Positions 1 through 10,635 are shown, counted from the first letter of the whole stretch. The stretch is DNA of 63,035 nt, filler included, from Stramenopiles sp. TOSAG23-3 (GCA_900128585.1; 10 parts of 10 records of this genome joined end to end with filler, not necessarily neighbours in it); one strand, 5' to 3'. The notes: generated by a model from the sequence alone, not told the origin. A program made the numbers and translations.

Positions 1-272
1 CGTTCGTTCAAGTTTCGGATTGCGTCCAACAAGCCTTTGCTTGCTTCAATTTGTCTTGCCTCTTGCTCTCTTGCTCTTGTATCTTGCTCTCTTGCTCTTG
101 CCTCTTGCTCTCTGGCTCTTGCCTCTTGCTCTGACATTCGTTCTGACAGCGATTTCAACACGCCCGCCATCATCGTCTTCCAATCTGCCCCGTCGTCATC
201 CTTACTTGATTCCGTTGCCTTCTTCCCGCCTTTTCTCTTCCGGCCATCACGGCGACCACCACTAGTGCTCAT
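1..272 (-). CDS. 5' part of a coiled-coil repeat protein, truncated by the window/contig edge
   Basis: Not in the ORF track. My translation from the ATG at 272: MSTSGGRRDGRKRKGGKKATESSKDDDGADWKTMMAGVLKSLSERMSEQEARAREQEARAREQDTRAREQEARQIEASKGLLDAIRNLNE..., open to the edge, with a 21-bp/7-aa repeat. AT-rich DNA lies upstream. Confidence 0.6.
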   Translation of the reverse strand, partial: MSTSGGRRDGRKRKGGKKATESSKDDDGADWKTMMAGVLKSLSERMSEQEARAREQEARAREQDTRAREQEARQIEASKGLLDAIRNLNE

Positions 273-916
273 GTTGTAATCGGATCAGCAATGAATAAAA
301 AATGTTTTGCTTTAACACAATGGACAAACTGCAGTCTGTTTACTTAAGTTAGACCTCTTCTCTCTCTCTCTATTTGTTTTACCACAATACTGACTAAAAA
401 GTAAATTGATTTTTTCCCGTACTACTTTTAGAGACATACTCTGGTGGTAATAATAATAATATAATAAATAATAGAAGAAAAAAAAGAAGAGACTTTTAGA
501 AGAAAAAATTCCTTCTTCTTAATTTTCAATTATTGATTCCCTAATATTTCTTCTGTAGTTATCATACTTGTTGTGATAATAATAACACAAAACAAAATGG
601 AATTCCTTCTTCTTAATAATTTTCAATTGAGATTCCAACATTAATAATAATAAAAAAAAATAATCCATCATCGATCTATTAACACGTAATAGTATCTAGG
701 TACCTGAGGTATAATAATAGTACTACCGACGGTAGAATAAATAGAGGTGGAAGAAGGGGAAAAGAGTGGGTTCAAATAAAACGCACGTACCGGTTCTATC
801 TATATGGTTGATACAAATACGAAAGTAAGGATGGGTTTGATTTGGGGTTGAAAACTGAGATGCTCCTATCGTGTTTGTGCATGTGAAAAGGTTTGCTACT
901 CCCGTTGCCGTCGAGA

Positions 917-2755
917 ATGGCTTTGCTTGCCCCTGAAAAAAAATCGATTAAAGGGTTGCTGAAGTGGGGGAAGCAGCTTAAGAAGCAGATTGCGGATATT
1001 ACTAGTGTGCCTGTCGATCGGCAAAGGGTGGTGTGCAAAGAGGCATGGAAAGGAACGTTGAAGAATGAGCATATTGTTTCCCCAACACTGAAGCTGAAAA
1101 GCAACAAAACGCACCTTGTCGTGACACTGATCGGCACAGCAGGTGGGCAGCTCAAATCGGACGACCCGCCCACCTTGGTCAAGTTCGAAGAAGATATAAC
1201 GCTGGCAGAGGCTGCTGCCATGCAGGCCGAAGAGGATGCAAAGGCCCTATCCACGGCAGAGGGGTACATTCCTGCACTGCAGTTTCGGCCGGGTGGAAAC
1301 GAGCGAGACGACGGGAAGGTCATGCGGTACCGGTACAACTACTTTGTAACGGGGCTGCCTCAGCGGCGAATTGAGTCGCTTCTGCGCGCCCGTCGTGAAA
1401 GGGACGGGGTGCTCGGTGGTGAGCTGGCAATGACTATGGGGGCTGAGCTTGGAAGCGCGTTTCTGACCACGGTTGGAGTGCTTTCGAATGGGACCCTTGT
1501 CAGCGGACGGGAAGACGGGAATTTTCAAATGTGGAGGAATGGGAAAAGATTTCGACAGGGATCCCATCGGCCTGCGCTGGCCATAGGCAAGCCGGGTCCC
1601 ATACGATGTTTGGCCACCCTGAAAGATGATAATATTGATAGTAGAGGCGTGGGTGGGTTTAATGAAGGTGGTCGCAGCGCTGCCTTTGCGACCGGTGGAA
1701 ACGGTTCAATAAAGCTGTGGACGAACGATGGGGAATGCATTCAAACGGTCCCTGGCCCCGCCCCAGGAACTGACCCTGACATGCTTGTGGCAGTGGACGC
1801 CACCTCCATTGCTGCGACTTTCAAGCAGGCCCGTGCGTTCGACCCTAATACGTTTAATCTGGTGCCTCAAAATGACGCACAGAGGCAGCGAAGGGACGCT
1901 GCCATTCAAGCACGAAGCTCGCAGCAACTGGTATTTGAAAGTATTGCTCGCACGGTGTATGTGTTTCAGTGGGCTGCTGACGGTATGTTTCTGGGGGCAT
2001 CGGAACTAGGGCCCTGGGAAACCACGGTGGGTGGGGGTGTTCCTCCTGCCACTGCACTCAAGGTTGTTCACGGCGATCTGTGGGTTGGGGACCAAGGAGG
2101 AGGCCTTCGCTGTTGGAAGGATCATGGGGCTTCTGGAAATACTCGTCGGAAGGAGTGGGCCGCCGGTGGATTTTTGCAGATTGTAGGGACCGACACATGT
2201 GGTTCAATAGTTCGGATTGAACCTTTGCGCCCCTCTTCTCGTTCCCATATTGTTGCGGTCTCGTTTTCCGTTTTCTCGCAAGTAGAATTCGCCCAGTCTG
2301 GCTTGGGACACCTTCCTCGCTTTCGGGACGATACGACCGTTGTGACCCTGCCGTTGTCTGCTGGATGCGTGGCCCTGCTGAACTTGAGGACAAGGGCCCC
2401 GGTTGCCATTATTTCAGGGCATACAGACACTGTGAGGGTACTGTGCTCGCTTCCAGATGGTTTGTTGACGTGTGGGGGAAAGAACGATGCAACTCTGCGG
2501 TTATGGGGCCACGATTGCTTGGGAGAAGAAGAGGTGGATGAGACGCTAGGCGGCATAGAGTCCCACGTGGACTCTATGCAAATATCGACCAGGGTCCACG
2601 AGCCGTCTGTGAAAGTGCTTTCTGCAGACAAATCCACCATTCTCAAAGAGCCTGGGTACATTTTCGATGCATGTGTGCTGCCAGATAGAAAGCCAGGCTC
2701 GACGTTGTATGGGTTAGCAAGTGCACGCTACAATGTGGTAAAAATATGCTTGTAA
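917..2755 (+). CDS. Ubiquitin-like (USP14/Ubp6-type UBL) domain + WD40-repeat protein
   Basis: N-terminal KWGK...LKKQIADITSVPVDRQRVV...LIGTA...VKFEEDIT resembles the USP14/Ubp6 UBL and linker. WD-like units: LVSGREDGNFQMWR, FATGGNGSIKLWT, LWVGDQGGGLRCWK, GHTDTVRVL...DATLRLWG. First in-frame ATG at 917 (track starts at TTG 893). Confidence 0.7.
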   Translation: MALLAPEKKSIKGLLKWGKQLKKQIADITSVPVDRQRVVCKEAWKGTLKNEHIVSPTLKLKSNKTHLVVTLIGTAGGQLKSDDPPTLVKFEEDITLAEAAAMQAEEDAKALSTAEGYIPALQFRPGGNERDDGKVMRYRYNYFVTGLPQRRIESLLRARRERDGVLGGELAMTMGAELGSAFLTTVGVLSNGTLVSGREDGNFQMWRNGKRFRQGSHRPALAIGKPGPIRCLATLKDDNIDSRGVGGFNEGGRSAAFATGGNGSIKLWTNDGECIQTVPGPAPGTDPDMLVAVDATSIAATFKQARAFDPNTFNLVPQNDAQRQRRDAAIQARSSQQLVFESIARTVYVFQWAADGMFLGASELGPWETTVGGGVPPATALKVVHGDLWVGDQGGGLRCWKDHGASGNTRRKEWAAGGFLQIVGTDTCGSIVRIEPLRPSSRSHIVAVSFSVFSQVEFAQSGLGHLPRFRDDTTVVTLPLSAGCVALLNLRTRAPVAIISGHTDTVRVLCSLPDGLLTCGGKNDATLRLWGHDCLGEEEVDETLGGIESHVDSMQISTRVHEPSVKVLSADKSTILKEPGYIFDACVLPDRKPGSTLYGLASARYNVVKICL

Positions 2756-2866
2756 AAAGAGAAAATTGAAAACACATATGATATATCATAAAACATAACT
2801 TTAGTTTGCAATTTTTGTTTTTTGTTACACTTACTTCTGTACAGTGTAAAAATATTTATTTCATCT

Positions 2867-4498
2867 TCACATCTTTGCCCACTGCCTGTGAACGGCAGTG
2901 GGCTGCTCCTTATTGGTTTCATCGTTTTGGCGGTTGTACATTTCATCGTAGTCCAAGAGTTTCTGAAGCCCGAGGGTCGAGGCTTTCGGGCGTTTCCACC
3001 TGGCAAAACTGTAGGCATTGACCTTTATTTTACTTCGTTTAAAGTTCCATACGTCTGAAAACGGGTGATTCAACTGGAAGAAAACCTCGGGGGACAGAAG
3101 GATGGCCTCTGATGCGCACTCCCTTTCTTCCATGCCTGGCAGCATTCGTGCCACCATTATCATGGGCTCTGAAAGAAGGGTCGCGCTTTTGTAACGAACT
3201 ATTAGCTCTGTTGTGTTGTGTGCGGGAAAGAACCCACGTTCTCGTACAACTAACGCCCCCATTGCATCATCGAAAGAGCTGGCAATCGCTCCACCGTGTG
3301 TTCGGCCTGGGGGACCTTGGGAGTAGCTGGAAAATATGTAGCACCCCGCCAGTATCCTGTGTTCTAGCGCAGGGGCGCGGTTGCCGCCGGCTCGAGTGCA
3401 CTGCCGCCAGTACGTTTGCCTCCTAATTTTGGGAGGGAAAGCCTTCAATTGCGGCAGCAAGCTTTGGTCGAGAAAGCTGATGTACGGGGTAGTCAGTGGG
3501 CTGAAGTCCCAAAACCGCTGGTTCGGCGGGTTGCCATACAGCGATTCCATTTTGGCAGAGGACGATTTCAGCCCGGGAAAGTCTGTGCCGATATCTACGA
3601 GATTCATCGGTGACGGGGCGATCTCTAGCAACTTTTTGCAAACTCTCTGGGCGGCCACCGGCCACCATCCCGAGAGAGAGTTGGGAACGTGCATTGTTCG
3701 ATGCTGCATGTCCCACCCCCGCCTCCATGCAGGTCTCTCCAAGTCCATCATTTGCTTCTGGTAATCCCCAAACCCGGTCAGCCCGGCGGCATGCACCATG
3801 TTCGCCACGCAGTCGACAAGCACCCTCTCCGCGTCGCTTGCGTCGACCAACTTTACACTGATGAATATGTCGCCCTCCTTGCTGCCTGGAAATTTGCCCG
3901 GGTTTGCAACGAACGAGCACTCAAATCTAACGACGGTCTCCAAGCGCACAAACCTGATAAACTTTGTCGCCAAGGTCCTGGTATAATACAGCTTCGTCCC
4001 GTAAGTGGACGATATTGCTAGGTCTCCTGCGAGAACGTCGGCGCACGTGCTCAACGCTCCCCCGTGAGCCAGCCCTGGCGCACCGAGACAGCTGGAGGAA
4101 AAATATACAAAGCCCGTCGTCCTGCGCAGGGATTTTTGCTTTTTCGGGCGAAACGCAACGACAAGATACTTTGGAAACACACGCGTGTAAGAACGGCCGT
4201 TTTCGACGGCAAGCATGGAGCCGTCCGAAAGCGTTGGCGCAAGCATCGGTGAAGAGTGACGCTCATGGGAATCCCCGTGCTCTTTTATGAACGTGTCCAC
4301 CAACGTGTCGTTTTCCGGCCAGTACAATGTCGGAATATTCTCCACCACCATCGTGGAGGCCATTTTGCTCTTCCACCAGTGGAATTGGAGATATTCTAAC
4401 CCAATCAAGGGAGAAACTTCGACGACAAGAGTGCCACCAGGATTCTGGAATGGGAAGGAACAGGGATCGCCAGAATTTTGAAATATAGGAAGGAACAT
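2867..4498 (-). CDS. Double hot-dog acyl-CoA thioesterase (THEM4/PaaI-like), probably peroxisomal
   Basis: Two hot-dog motifs, GAPGLAHGGALSTCAD and GPPGRTHGGAIASSFDD. C-terminal AKM is a PTS1-type tripeptide. Alternative start at 4363. Confidence 0.8.
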   Translation of the reverse strand: MFLPIFQNSGDPCSFPFQNPGGTLVVEVSPLIGLEYLQFHWWKSKMASTMVVENIPTLYWPENDTLVDTFIKEHGDSHERHSSPMLAPTLSDGSMLAVENGRSYTRVFPKYLVVAFRPKKQKSLRRTTGFVYFSSSCLGAPGLAHGGALSTCADVLAGDLAISSTYGTKLYYTRTLATKFIRFVRLETVVRFECSFVANPGKFPGSKEGDIFISVKLVDASDAERVLVDCVANMVHAAGLTGFGDYQKQMMDLERPAWRRGWDMQHRTMHVPNSLSGWWPVAAQRVCKKLLEIAPSPMNLVDIGTDFPGLKSSSAKMESLYGNPPNQRFWDFSPLTTPYISFLDQSLLPQLKAFPPKIRRQTYWRQCTRAGGNRAPALEHRILAGCYIFSSYSQGPPGRTHGGAIASSFDDAMGALVVRERGFFPAHNTTELIVRYKSATLLSEPMIMVARMLPGMEERECASEAILLSPEVFFQLNHPFSDVWNFKRSKIKVNAYSFARWKRPKASTLGLQKLLDYDEMYNRQNDETNKEQPTAVHRQWAKM

Positions 4499-4669
4499 AA
4501 TATTTCAGAGGAGGAGGGGGGTTAGACGCAAAATATAATTTATTAGTATACTAATAATATGTACTTATATTATTCCCTATATTTCCCCACCATTTGATGT
4601 ATACATTCTTAAACTTAGCTTTCTCTTCTTCATATTAGAACAGACTCTATCATCTCAACTTCTAAATAG

Positions 4670-5638
4670 TTACTCACCCTTCGTACTTTCTTCACCACCC
4701 TTTTCTTCTTCTTCTTCTTCGGGTTCAACAACTTCAGCATCGTTTTCTTCTCCGTTTTCTTCTCCGTTTTCATCGCCGTCTTCTTCCTCGCTTCCTTCTT
4801 TTCCGTCTTCATCGTCTTCCGCCACTTGCGAACCGTGGTGTTTTTTCAAGGCTTCTTGGAGCATGAATGAAATGTTTCTATGGGACTCTACATCGCACCG
4901 TTCCCAATATTCTGAATGGGGCGGTCTGGGTACCCAATAGACGGCACGTTTCTTCGACGAGTCCCATCGTTTCCCAATCTTCAGCAAAGAGAACCGGACA
5001 ACGACATCTGCCCCATGATCGTTCGTGACGACGTCGCCGACGTTGTATCTTTCGTTTTCGTCGAACTCGTGTTTGTCCGCCCCGGCGGTGAGAAGTGGCT
5101 CCCGCTCCATCAGTTTCTCCGTTACAATGGCGAAAGCGTCCAATCCCGATGAGTTGGTCGCGTCGATGCTCACCCGCTCGTCTTGGATCAACAGGTCCAC
5201 GACATCTTTGTGCCCTTGCTCGCTCGCGACGAAGAGGGGAGTCTGCTCTTTGTGGTCAGCCTGGTTGGCCCGAAAATCAAAACGACGCTCCTTCTGGTCT
5301 GCCAAAAGCAGTTTGACGACGTCGGCGTGACCCCCGAACGCGGCTGCGTACAAGGGGCTCAGGTTCTCCAAATCGGACCGGTTCGTGTCGGCCCGCCTGT
5401 TTATCTTTTCCGTCTTTTGCTCGTCTGTGTCCGTTTCAACGTCTGGGAGATAGTCCAACAGCAACTGCACCACCTTGGTGTGGCCTCGCATCGCCGCCAT
5501 AAAGAGAGCCGTCCGCTCATCTTCACCGCACGCATTTACGTCCATGCCCGGGTCTGCGAGCAAAGTCTGTACCGTCTTTGCGTCGCCTTCCCCGGCCTTC
5601 TCGATCAAGGCCAGCGAGGAGGAGGTTTGGTTTCCCAT
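4670..5638 (-). CDS. Ankyrin-repeat protein with N-myristoylation motif and acidic tail
   Basis: Ankyrin units TALFMAAMRGHTKVVQLLL, SPLYAAAFGGHADVVKLLL and TPLFVASEQGHKDVVDLLI; MGNQTS N-terminus; E/D-rich C-terminus. Confidence 0.85.
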   Translation of the reverse strand: MGNQTSSSLALIEKAGEGDAKTVQTLLADPGMDVNACGEDERTALFMAAMRGHTKVVQLLLDYLPDVETDTDEQKTEKINRRADTNRSDLENLSPLYAAAFGGHADVVKLLLADQKERRFDFRANQADHKEQTPLFVASEQGHKDVVDLLIQDERVSIDATNSSGLDAFAIVTEKLMEREPLLTAGADKHEFDENERYNVGDVVTNDHGADVVVRFSLLKIGKRWDSSKKRAVYWVPRPPHSEYWERCDVESHRNISFMLQEALKKHHGSQVAEDDEDGKEGSEEEDGDENGEENGEENDAEVVEPEEEEEEKGGEESTKGE

Positions 5639-6385
5639 TTTTTAGCAGCCAAGCGTTCGTTCTTCTGTCCGTTCGACTGTTGAAAGTTTCCGTTGCTGTT
5701 CTAAATTTCACCTTCCGCAGTTGAGCCTACACTGTATTCAAGTTTAGTAAACATCAGGTTCTGGATTGTTCGGGGGGACTCTGCACAATAAATATTCGTC
5801 CGGGGAAGAAGTTTGTTCTTGTTTGTTTTTGGATTAATTATTATTTATTATTATTATTCATCCATCGTGATGATGATGGTGGTGAATCTGATGTTATTTG
5901 CATGTTCGTAGTTTGTTGGTTTTTTTTGTGTATTGGATTTTTTATTTATTAGAAATAGAAATTTTAAAATAGAAAGAGTCTAGCAGGTATTAATATTATT
6001 AATAAATAAATAAAAGAAGAAGAGAAGCAGTTGAAGCAATATCTTCTTCTTCTCGGTTTTTTTCTCCCTTGTTGTGTAGTGTTAATATTAATATCTATCA
6101 AGGAGGATGTTTATTTTACTTCTTCCTTTTCTTCCTTTCTTTCTTTCTTTCTTTCTTTCTTCTTTCTTTCTTCTTCTCCTCCCTCCGTCCCCTCAAATTA
6201 TTATTCATTCTCAAATTGAAAAGGTTTGTATATGTAATTTAATTTAAATAGTCGTCTAGTATAATGACTTACGGATTGAATAATTTTTGGATTTTGTCTT
6301 CTATCGACTGAGAACAGGGACATCGCATTTAAACGTGTAAAGAAAGAACCCCTGTCTACTAGGTGGGAGCCGTTGCCGGCCAAAA

Positions 6386-7315
6386 ATGCGACGAGGGTGG
6401 GATTTTTTTGCTGCCGGTCTCTGTCTTGCTGTCTTCATTTTCGCGAGTCGCCGTGAGGTTCAACAGGGGGCGGGTGCTAGCGTGGACACGCCGAAACTGG
6501 CGACGCTCGAAACTGAACAGAACAACCTGGGCTCTTCGGACGATGTTACCGTAGTGTGCTTGGGCGACTCGCACTCCAAACATGCTGATTTCACAGTCCC
6601 TGCGGGTGAAGTGCTGCTCCACAGCGGAGATTTTTCTATGTGGGGACGAAAGAGTGACGTCGTCGCGTTCAACGAGTGGCTAGGGAAACTGCCACACCGG
6701 CACAAAATTGTAGTCGCGGGCAACCATGACTCCGGGAGGACCGGAAACAGGCTGATCTTTAAAGACTTGAAGCAATTGCTCTCGAACGCTGTGTACCTAG
6801 TGGACGAGACGGTCGAGCTGCCCGTGGGAAATGGCAAGGTACTGAGGGTCTTCGGCAGCCCGTGGCAGCCGCAGTACCGTGGATTTCATAGTTTCAAGAG
6901 CGAGAGCGAATTGGAATCCCTTTGGCTTTCTTTAGAAAGTGACCGGAGGCCCGACGTTGTGCTCACGCACACGCCTCCGTTCTCACTGTTGGACCAGGAC
7001 ACAGTTGCATCAAAAGGCATTGGTTCGACCGCACTGTTGAAGATGGTGGCCGATCGAAAGCCATTGCTCCATTGCTTTGGGCACATTCATACTCCGGGGG
7101 GGGGGACCTTGAGCGTGGAACACTCTGATTTGAACAGAGAAACTGGCGCTCAGAACGGAAAGGCGGGAAAACTGATGGTTGGAGAGGGGCGAACCCTTTT
7201 TGTAAACGACGCCCTTGCAACAAACAAAATGGACATCGAACGAGTTTACACCATGCGAAAGGGGGCGCACCCAATTTCAATTCAATTCCCGTCCAAGCTG
7301 CTCAAAGATAAGTAA
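6386..7315 (+). CDS. Calcineurin-like metallophosphoesterase (MPPED1/2-like) with N-terminal signal/anchor
   Basis: Motifs DSH, HSGD, AGNHD, LTHTPP and HCFGHIH, plus FNEWLGKLPHRHKIVVAGNHD typical of the MPPED group; hydrophobic N-terminus. Confidence 0.88.
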   Translation: MRRGWDFFAAGLCLAVFIFASRREVQQGAGASVDTPKLATLETEQNNLGSSDDVTVVCLGDSHSKHADFTVPAGEVLLHSGDFSMWGRKSDVVAFNEWLGKLPHRHKIVVAGNHDSGRTGNRLIFKDLKQLLSNAVYLVDETVELPVGNGKVLRVFGSPWQPQYRGFHSFKSESELESLWLSLESDRRPDVVLTHTPPFSLLDQDTVASKGIGSTALLKMVADRKPLLHCFGHIHTPGGGTLSVEHSDLNRETGAQNGKAGKLMVGEGRTLFVNDALATNKMDIERVYTMRKGAHPISIQFPSKLLKDK

Positions 7316-7481
7316 TGGCAAAAAGATCGTCGATTCCTTCTTGTCTTAATTTTTGCCTTGTCTTGTTCTTGTGTTTGTGTGGTATCTTCTTCTTTCTTTT
7401 TACCCAAATATAAATAATAACAATGCTGTGTTTATGTTATTATAGTTACGAGGTAGAGTTTCTTCTTCTTTTTTTTTTCTT

Positions 7482-7581
7482 NNNNNNNNNNNNNNNNNNN
7501 NNNNNNNNNNNNNNNNNNNNNNNNNTTAATTAATTAANNNNNNNNNNNNNNNNNNNNNNNNNNNNNNNNNNNNNNNNNNNN
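7482..7581. other. Artificial contig linker
   Basis: N44-TTAATTAATTAA-N44, giving stops in all six frames. Confidence 0.98.
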
Positions 7582-7958
7582 TCGCAACTCTTCTTTATTA
7601 TTAACAATGCCGCCATAAAAACTTTTCAATACCAACATCATGTTATATTATATTTACATAACCATAGCATAGCAGTTGTATGTAAACACATATAACAACA
7701 ACAACAACAAAATGCAACGAACGAAAAAAGTAATAACGATGCGAGCGACGGGTGAAAAAAACAGTCAACGCCAACAAAAAGCGGGACAGACGTAACATTA
7801 CACATTCTTACCGACTTGTCTTGACAGAAACGCGTGCGTGTAGTTTTTGAAAGTTAGAAAATATTTTGAAGTCAATAAAGCAGGCAAAGAAAACCATCGT
7901 AGCTGTCAAACAATTCGGCCACATTGATTTTGTGTTGGAGCCCACGGAGCAAGCAAAC

Positions 7959-9413
7959 ATGGAGAGACCCTCAAGCGCACCGGCGTCCGGGTCGTACTTT
8001 ACGGCTTTCATGGCTCTCGTGACTGCCGCATTCACGACCGTGCTTGTTACCCTTCGGCGTCCAAAACAACGAGATAATAAGGAAGGGTCTTCCGACTGCA
8101 AGAATTTAGGGTGCCGTAAAACCCTTCAATTCGAGGGCGAAGTCGACGCAGCGTGCTGCCTGGAAACGTCTTGGACGCAGTCGATGCCTGTGACTTGCGC
8201 CATGGTCTCGTCCCTGCCCGAGGAGGAGAAAACCAGCCTGAAAGATTTGCTGCTTGGCAACACCGAAAGAAACCGACCTTTGCCCCATGTTTCCGGCTCG
8301 CTAGGAACGTACTACTACACCCCTGAAAAATACCCAGTAAGCCCTGCGAAGGAATTCGTCGACGTGGAAGAGGGGACTGGCCATTCCCGTGAAGGCAGCG
8401 CCCCAACAGAGACACGTGAGGTGGTCCACCCCGTTTCGACGACACCAGCCAAGTATGCGTTGCCGGAAAAACTGAAAATATCGGTAAAAACTGTGGACCA
8501 AAAACTATTCAATCGCGTAAACCTGGGAAACAGCAAGCGTGGCACGGTCCCTATGCTGTTTGTTCGTGAACAGGCCGACGGGCCCTCCCCCGGAGGTTTC
8601 GACGTGCATTACAGTGGCGAAGATACCGACGCAAGCTCCTACTCCCCATTCAAAGACGAGCACCACTCGAACACCATTGCAAGCCACCAACCGAACCATA
8701 GCATAGGATTTAATTTACCCGCAAATGGAAATTATCAGCGGTTAAACGTTGAGCCTGATATATTTATGAAAATAGAAGATGTTTCCCCAAAATCGTGGTC
8801 AATGTCCATGACGCCTGCGAAGACCGCGGCGCGTCCTCTACCCAAGCATGCAGACGTTCGAAAGCTATCGTTCTCGCCAAATCCTAGCATTGGGAAAGAC
8901 CGTTCGAATTCCGAAGATGACCTGCACAGTGAGGCTAGCGATATTAGCGTGCTAGGCGAAACCAGTTTCGGTGCGACACCTTCGGTGACTACCCCACGGT
9001 CGGTTGTGCGCAGGAGCTTTCGTTTGAGAGAGAACAGTAGTAATTTGAACAACACTCCACGTAGCGGTTTGTCCCCTTCGGCGGTCAGGCCATCATCACG
9101 GTTTCAGCAATCGCCGTCTCTGTTCAGCCCTGCGAAGGCCACTGCATTGCCTTTCAAGTCTATGAATGGGAGAGAATATGGACCAACAGAATTTACTGCA
9201 AACGAAAAATGCCCAGCGACGAGCGGCGGCTTTGCGCCAGAACCGTTGAGGTCCCACACCACACCTCCCCGGCACGCTATCCTTTTTTCCCCCGCCAGCT
9301 CTGCCAAAGAGAGAACGGCTCGAGTCTCTCGCCTGCGAGCCAATCCGAGCATGCCGGGCATTTCGCTTCAGCGAGACTCGTTCGGACAACCCGTGGTGAA
9401 CCGACTGAGGTAA
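7959..9413 (+). CDS. Hypothetical single-pass membrane protein with a disordered S/P/T-rich tail
   Basis: Long GC-rich ORF; TM segment YFTAFMALVTAAFTTVLVTL; many SP/TP sites. First ATG at 7959. Confidence 0.65.
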   Translation: MERPSSAPASGSYFTAFMALVTAAFTTVLVTLRRPKQRDNKEGSSDCKNLGCRKTLQFEGEVDAACCLETSWTQSMPVTCAMVSSLPEEEKTSLKDLLLGNTERNRPLPHVSGSLGTYYYTPEKYPVSPAKEFVDVEEGTGHSREGSAPTETREVVHPVSTTPAKYALPEKLKISVKTVDQKLFNRVNLGNSKRGTVPMLFVREQADGPSPGGFDVHYSGEDTDASSYSPFKDEHHSNTIASHQPNHSIGFNLPANGNYQRLNVEPDIFMKIEDVSPKSWSMSMTPAKTAARPLPKHADVRKLSFSPNPSIGKDRSNSEDDLHSEASDISVLGETSFGATPSVTTPRSVVRRSFRLRENSSNLNNTPRSGLSPSAVRPSSRFQQSPSLFSPAKATALPFKSMNGREYGPTEFTANEKCPATSGGFAPEPLRSHTTPPRHAILFSPASSAKERTARVSRLRANPSMPGISLQRDSFGQPVVNRLR

Positions 9414-9816
9414 ATAATGCAACAGTCGGGAGATAAACGTGGGAGAATGGATCGACCACTTTTTGAAACCGACGAGCGAACTGTACACGTTATGGAAATG
9501 TGTACAATTTCGAACACGAGAACAGCGGAGACTTTAAAAATGCGCGCACGCAAAATACAAAAAGAGTACAGAGTTCGTACGAGTATTTAAAACTAAAATG
9601 AGCTCCGTTTGCTTGTTGTCGCATAACTATTTTACTACGAAGTCATAAATTGTAAACAAAAATAAAATACATAAAAAGGACATTTAAACGCGTACGCACA
9701 AAGTATTTTGTTTTTAGTTACCACAACGCCCAACGTACCCACCCCATCGACAGAACGTCCCGGCAGGGTGGAAAGCAAAACGACTTTCCGAGAGCGCGGG
9801 CCACACGACAAGGGTG

Positions 9817-10635
9817 TCACTTCACTTCGTAATCAGTACTTGGGGGACCATTTTCTTTGCTTTCTTCCGCTGCTCTGGACTCCACAAACTTGCTTATTTT
9901 TCCATTCACAACGGTGTTCGGGTGGGGCGCGACAGTCTCGACAAGCGAGGAAAATATGCTTGTCAGGGCAGAAACGTCATGGTTCCGTTCCCACTTTGCC
10001 TGCAATTCCGTGTCCAGCTTGTGCCTCAGGGCGCCTATTTGTGATTCCAGCTCGCTCTGTTTTTCAATTCGCCACTGCTCCAACTGAGCGGTCACAGACG
10101 CTAACTTTTCCCTAAGCACGCTCTCTCTCCTCTTCGACTCCCCCAATGCCCCTTCTAAATGTTGAATGTGCCCTTGCGGGTCGTTTAAAAAATCGACGGA
10201 CGGAGAGTCTGGCCGGGAACTACTATGACCGGCAACAATATGCGAACCGGCGCCGTCGGCGCTCGCAACGCTCCCGCGCCTTGGTGACACGTACGCTGAA
10301 TCGTCCGGGGTTTCCGGTGCGTGGCCTAAGGACGTCAACTGTTTGCGCAGCGCAGATATTTCACAGGACAGCTTTTCGTTGTCGTTTTCTAGTCGAGACC
10401 GGTCTTTCTGGACGGCCTCCACCAAGGCCTTCCAGTCGTCCCGTTCCTGCAGTCGCCAGTGCAGCGTGTTCTCCCTGCACAACTGCTTCAGGCGCGCCAC
10501 TTCCCCACACAATTCTTTGTTCTCTTCATTTACCTGTTTGACCTTCGTGCCCAGCGAATATATCTGCTCCGCCGCTTCTAATTTAACTTTTGCCAAGTGA
10601 TTGGCCAACAACCGAAGACCTTCTACGTCTGTCAT
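9817..10635 (-). CDS. Coiled-coil hypothetical protein
   Basis: Heptad-rich ORF (LRLLANHLAKVKLEAAEQ...ERDDWKALVEAVQKDRSRLE). First ATG at 10635. Confidence 0.7.
   Translation of the reverse strand: MTDVEGLRLLANHLAKVKLEAAEQIYSLGTKVKQVNEENKELCGEVARLKQLCRENTLHWRLQERDDWKALVEAVQKDRSRLENDNEKLSCEISALRKQLTSLGHAPETPDDSAYVSPRRGSVASADGAGSHIVAGHSSSRPDSPSVDFLNDPQGHIQHLEGALGESKRRESVLREKLASVTAQLEQWRIEKQSELESQIGALRHKLDTELQAKWERNHDVSALTSIFSSLVETVAPHPNTVVNGKISKFVESRAAEESKENGPPSTDYEVK

Noticed and set aside
20-279. Leucine-rich plus-strand ORFs resembling a signal or TM peptide
   Set aside because: Antisense shadows of the minus-strand EQEARAR repeat ORF.
7482-7581. Regularly spaced TTAATTAATTAA palindromes flanked by Ns (nine copies, mostly ~7.57 kb apart)
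   Set aside because: Artificial concatenation linkers; the periodicity reflects length-sorted contigs. Gene adjacency across them has no biological meaning.
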